From Macrostomum lignano (taxonomy: Eukaryota), in NCBI GenBank assembly GCA_002269645.1, contig NIVC01001384.1, positions 7,801 through 71,800 on the forward strand: DNA of 64,000 nt. The letters are read 5' to 3'. The translations under genes were made by a program, and so were the position numbers. Shown in pieces: positions 59,460 through 64,000 of this stretch. Position 1 is the first letter of the stretch; each line of letters begins with the position of its first letter. The notes under the pieces are model-generated. The model was not told the DNA's origin. It worked only from the letters and a program-made list of their open reading frames with translations, and did not search any database.

Positions 59460-62092
59460 TCACTTCTGGTTCGGCTGAGCGTACAGGTCGGCCACAGGCC
59501 GGAAGTCCGGCCCCCAGCGGTGCAGCTCGCCGTAGTCCTGGCTGCGGTCGCTGTCGCCGCTGCACACTGAGCTGAGGTCGCCGGCCTCGCTGCCCTGGCC
59601 TTCGTAGCCGTAGTCCAGGGTGTACTCCAGCGCATCTGCCGGACCGTCGGGCGCATCGTCACCAGCCGGCGGAGCCCGCGACAGCGGCTGGACAAACTGA
59701 ACAGGCGGCGGCGGCGGCGACTCCGGCGCCCGTTTGAAAGTCGGGACGCCGTTCGGCACGCGCAGCAGCTGCAGATCGAAGTTCCTCGTGTCCTCCTCGC
59801 CGGCGCCGTCCTCGTCGTAGGCGACGACGTTCTCCCTGGTGTCCTTGTCCGGCTCCAGCAGCGGCTCGCCCATATGGCGCCGGCGGCACCACCAGACCAG
59901 CAGGGCCAGCAGGATGACCAGCACCAGGATGCCCAGCACCACGGCGACGATGATGCCGGCTCCGGCGACGGCGAACACCGGGACATTGCGGACCTCGCAG
60001 CGGGAGCCGAGAAGCCGGTGAGGCAGCGGCAGGTGAGGGCCAGGCCGCCACCGGGTATGCAGTAGCCGCCGTTTTGGCACGGGTTCAAAGGGAAGCACGG
60101 GCTGGCGTAGCACCTGGGGAAATGGTGATGGGGTTGTGGGATCTGGTGATGGGATCTGGATGATGGGATCTGGGTGATGGGATCTGGTGATGTGATCTGG
60201 GTGATGGGATCTTGGTGATGGGATCTGGATGATGGGATCTGGGTGATGGGATCTAAGTGATGGGATCTGGTGATGGGATCTGGATGATGGGATCTGAATG
60301 ATGGGATTTAAGTGATGGGATCTGGTGATGGGATCTGGGTGATGGGATCTGGTGATGGGATCTGGTGATGGGATCTTGGTGATGGGATCTTGGTGATGGG
60401 ATCTGGTGATGGGATCTGAGTGATGGGATATAGGTGCTGATATCTGGTGCTGGGATTTGGTGCTGGGATATGGGTGATGGGATCTGGTGATGGGATCTGG
60501 GTGATGGGTTGTGGGATCAGGTGATGGGATTTTGGTGATGGGATCTGGATGATGGGATCTGAATGATGGGATCTCATCATAGAACCATGGGATTTGCATT
60601 TTGCCTGTTCGTCTTCCTGTGCTAGTAACCATAACAACGGAGGCCAATATAGACTCACCGGTCGCCCCGCATGGTCCAGTCGGGCAGGCAGCCGCACACG
60701 GTGCTGCCGCTGGGCTGCAGGGTGCCCAGGCACACCTGGTTCTGCGGGCAGGTGGCGCCAGCCGGGCAGGCACCAACGCTGGGGTCGCTGCACCGGCTGA
60801 CCAGAGATAAGGCGGAACGGCGGAACAGCTCGGCCGCCGGGCTGCTGACGGCCGAGTCCGCCGGCAGGAGGGCGGAGTTGACGAGCGGTCCGGCCAGGCA
60901 GGAAGACTGCAGATCGTCCTGCGGCGGCTGCACCGTCACCTGGAAGGACGGGAGGGCGGGTCAATCGAATTGCTCATCTGGAGGGTATGAACTACGATTC
61001 ATAATTGGCGAATCGTAAAAACGACAGGAGTGAATGAGTCATACAACTGAGTGAGGCATATGAGTGAACGAGTCATAAAACTGGGTCATAGGAGTGAATG
61101 AGAGGTGAATGACTCATACAACGGAGTGATTCACAGGAGTGAATGAGTCATACAACTGACTGAGTCATAGGAGTGAATGAGTCATACAACTGAGTGAATC
61201 ATAGTAGTGAATGAGTCATCCAACTGAGTGAGTCATAGGAGTGAATGACTCATACAACTGAGTGAATCATAGTGTTGAATGAGTCATCCAACTGACTGAG
61301 TCATAGGAGTGAATGAGTCATACAACTGAGTGAGTCATAGGAGTGAATGACTCATACAACTGAGTGAGTCATAGGAGTGAATGACTCACAACTGAGTGAG
61401 TGAATGAGCTCTGAGCACAAATCCACAATAACAAAGCAAAAAGCTCACAGATCCAGTCGTATCCACCGTAACAGACGCGCCGCCGATGACGCCCTGGCCC
61501 AGCTGGATATAATTATAATTATAGACAAAGCTGCCCCACAATGTTGCATAGTTGATGCCTTCGCCAGAGTCCAGCATCACCTCCATCATGAGCTGGAGAC
61601 TGCGGCAGACTCGAACTGTGTGCAGACCGCCGTCGGACACGTTCGAGTTGGGCAGGACGGCCTCGCGCAGCACGTAGTCGCCGGTGTTCAGCTGGGCCAC
61701 CAGGCGGCTGTCCGCAGGCGGAGCGTCAGCTCTGCAGGTCTGTAGGGGTCGGCGCCCTGAGCTTTGAGCAGCACCCCACTGGGCTGCCGGCTGCGGAACT
61801 GCACCGACAGACAGGTGGACTGCTTTGGGGCGCCTGCGGTGTTGGGAGACGCGTAATTTAGTATAGCTGTCTGTCTGCCTGTCTGTCTGCCTGTCTGCCT
61901 GCCTGTCTGTCTGTCTGCCTGTCTGTCTGTCTGCCTGTCTGTCTGTCTGTCTGCCTGCCTGCCTGCCTGCCTGCCTGTCTGTCTGTCGGTCTGTCTGTAT
62001 GTCTGTCTGTCTTAGTGTCTGTCTGTCTGTCTGTCTGTCTGCCTGCCTGCCTGCCTGTCTGTCTGTCTGTCTGTCTGTCTTAGTGTCTGTCT

Positions 62093-62141
<49 letters not shown>

Positions 62142-63644
62142 CTGTCTTATTGTCTGTCTGTCTGTCTTAGTGTCTCTCTGTCTTAGTGTCTTTCTGTCTG
62201 TCTGTCTTTGTCTGTTTGTCTGTCTGTCTGCCTGTCTGTCTGTCTGTCTGTCTGTAATATCTCAATCAGAGAATCACTTGATTACAATACACATTTATCG
62301 CATCGTATTTACTTCCAGCATGCCTACTAACAGTAGATAAGTAGGCATTTTGCACTCACTCGATACAAAAGAACTCTGCAGCCTCCACCAGGCGTAGCTG
62401 TTGGCGCCCAGCTGCAAGGTTGGCGCCGGCACATCGCAGGCGCCGCTGGTGCTGTTGCGAACCCAGCCAGACTTGCAGTCGCATTGGTGGGGCGCCGAAG
62501 CCCCGATGGCGCCCCAGCAAAATCCGTTCGGACCGCAACGGGAAGCGGAGCATGATGCTTCGACCAGAGCCGAGAGCCAGACAGCGCCAGAGTGCGGATC
62601 GATTGTCAGCAACCAGATCGATCAGCTGGTTGCCAACCCGCAGCTGGGCCAGCTGGGCTACCACGCCTTGCCTCGGCAAGCCGGTGGGATACTGACTGCT
62701 CGAGTCCGCTTGGTAGCGACCACCGATCTAAATATTGTTCAATCGGTTGCGAGAAATCAAAAACACAGAAGGGAAGGAAGGAGCTGGTACAGAGAGGTTG
62801 TGACCTGTGAGCCAACCAATGAGCGCTAAGCGTGGGGTAGAGAGGAAATTGAGTGGATAACCAGTTAGAGTGAGGAGGGCTGCGAGCAACCAATGAGCGC
62901 TAAGCTAAGATAGAGAGGAAATCGAGGTGGTGAAGCAAGTCGGAGTGAGGAGGGCTGGAGCCAGCCAATGAGCGCTAAGCGTGGGATAGAGAGGAAATGA
63001 GGTGGTGAAGCAATCGGAGTGAGGAGGGGTTGCGAGCCACCAATGAGCGCTAAGCTAAGATAGAGAGGAAAATCGAGTGGTGAAGCAAATCGGAGTGAGG
63101 AGGGGCTGTGAGCCAGCCAATAAGAGCAAAGCACTGGCTGATAACCGAAGACAAACCTGCACGGGCCAGTCGCCAGTGTCGAGTCCCAAGCCGGCCGGGG
63201 TGGCCTCAGCTAGGCAGTTGTTAGCAAGCGATGGCGCAGTGCCGCCGTTGGTGAGGGCGGCGTGGTCAACCCCGGAGCCGGTGCACTGATCCAGCACCAG
63301 AGCGACCCGAGAGGAGCCGGAGGACTCTGTTGAACGCGCAGTTGGGGTCACGGTGAGGTCAACCCGATGCCAGCGCGAGTCGTCCAGCCTTGGGCCACCG
63401 GAGATGGCCAAATCGATGGCCCGGAGCCGAGGTCGATGCGAGCTCGCAGCTTGCCGGTGACCAGGTGTACGCTGAGAAAGTCGGGCTGGCTGGGCGCAGG
63501 GCTGGCTGGCTGCCCGTAGGGCCCGGTGTACAGCAGGATGCCGTCCGCGCTGCTGGTCAGGAAGCTGAAGCTCAGGTTTAACGAGCGGCAGCTGGTGTCG
63601 AGCGGGTCGGTCATTAGGTAGCCTGTGGAGGCGTTGAATCCAAC
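59460..63644 (-). CDS. CadN: Classical cadherin (type III / DN-cadherin-like), 3' part: LamG-EGF-LamG-EGF-EGF-TM-cytoplasmic domain; four apparent frameshifts
   Basis: Exons on minus: 63644-63157, 62727-62360, 61833-61449, 60939-60659, 60113-59460. LamG motifs (LNLSFSFLTSSADGILLY, LDDSRWHRVDL, LSVQFRSRQPSGVLL); EGF (NPCQNGGYC..CRCLTGF); TM GIIVAVVLGILVLVILLALLVWW; p120-binding DTRENVVAYDEDGAGEED; beta-catenin-binding DYGYEGQGSEAGDLSS..WGPDFRPVADLY. Frame breaks at ~63420, ~62560-62600, ~61715 and ~60010. The gene continues beyond the window. Confidence 0.88.
60120..60580. repeat. 13-14 bp intronic repeat (GATGGGATCTGGT)
   Basis: Fills the last cadherin intron. Confidence 0.92.
61030..61410. 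repeat. Intronic repeat (GAGTGAATGAGTCATACAACTGAGTGAGTCATAG)
   Basis: Tandem degenerate copies. Confidence 0.85.
61868..62255. repeat. (CTGT/CTGC)n intronic microsatellite
   Basis: Direct observation. Confidence 0.93.
62810..63130. repeat. ~65-bp intronic repeat (CCAATGAGCGCTAAGC..AGAGAGGAAA..GGAGTGAGGAGGGG)
   Basis: About 5 degenerate copies. Confidence 0.8.
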
Positions 63645-63719
63645 CTGGAAACAGTTTTGAATAGGTGGGAATTGAATCGAATTGAATAGGTGGATAATGA
63701 TGGAGCTTGTTTAGATCGA

Positions 63720-64000
<281 letters not shown>

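Overview
Eukaryotic (animal) genomic DNA. It has GC-rich spliced exons with poly-Ala/Gln tracts, introns filled with minisatellites, and one assembly gap (N at 31421-32357). The style is that of a free-living flatworm such as Macrostomum; this is an inference, not a database result. Seven protein-coding loci are supported: (1) an intronless class I SAM-dependent methyltransferase-like ORF (4156-5061, +); (2) a multi-copy neuropeptide precursor releasing non-amidated LFGxxDRY/F peptides (8527-9081, +); (3) a Kirre/NEPH-type 5-Ig adhesion receptor ending in a PDZ-binding TEV (13207-23759, -); (4) a divergent rhodopsin-family peptide-receptor-like GPCR (40653-43651, +; one 1-nt frameshift); (5) a KChIP-like EF-hand calcium sensor (45912-50066, +); (6) a second neuropeptide precursor (55363-55768 plus an uncertain 3' exon, -) carrying a Cys-loop peptide and a GnRH/corazonin-like SVHFHNSWHP-amide; (7) the 3' half of a classical type-III/DN-like cadherin (59460-63644, -; four frameshifts, probably long-read indel errors). 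Mobile DNA includes three CORE-type tRNA-SINE copies, two MITEs with 8-bp TSDs, a Penelope GIY-YIG fragment and an LTR with a tRNA-Leu-like PBS. Most long ORFs in the supplied track are artefacts of tandem repeats or the N gap. The most novel-looking signals are the two neuropeptide precursors, the orphan GPCR, and the methyltransferase next to a strongly CpG-depleted island.
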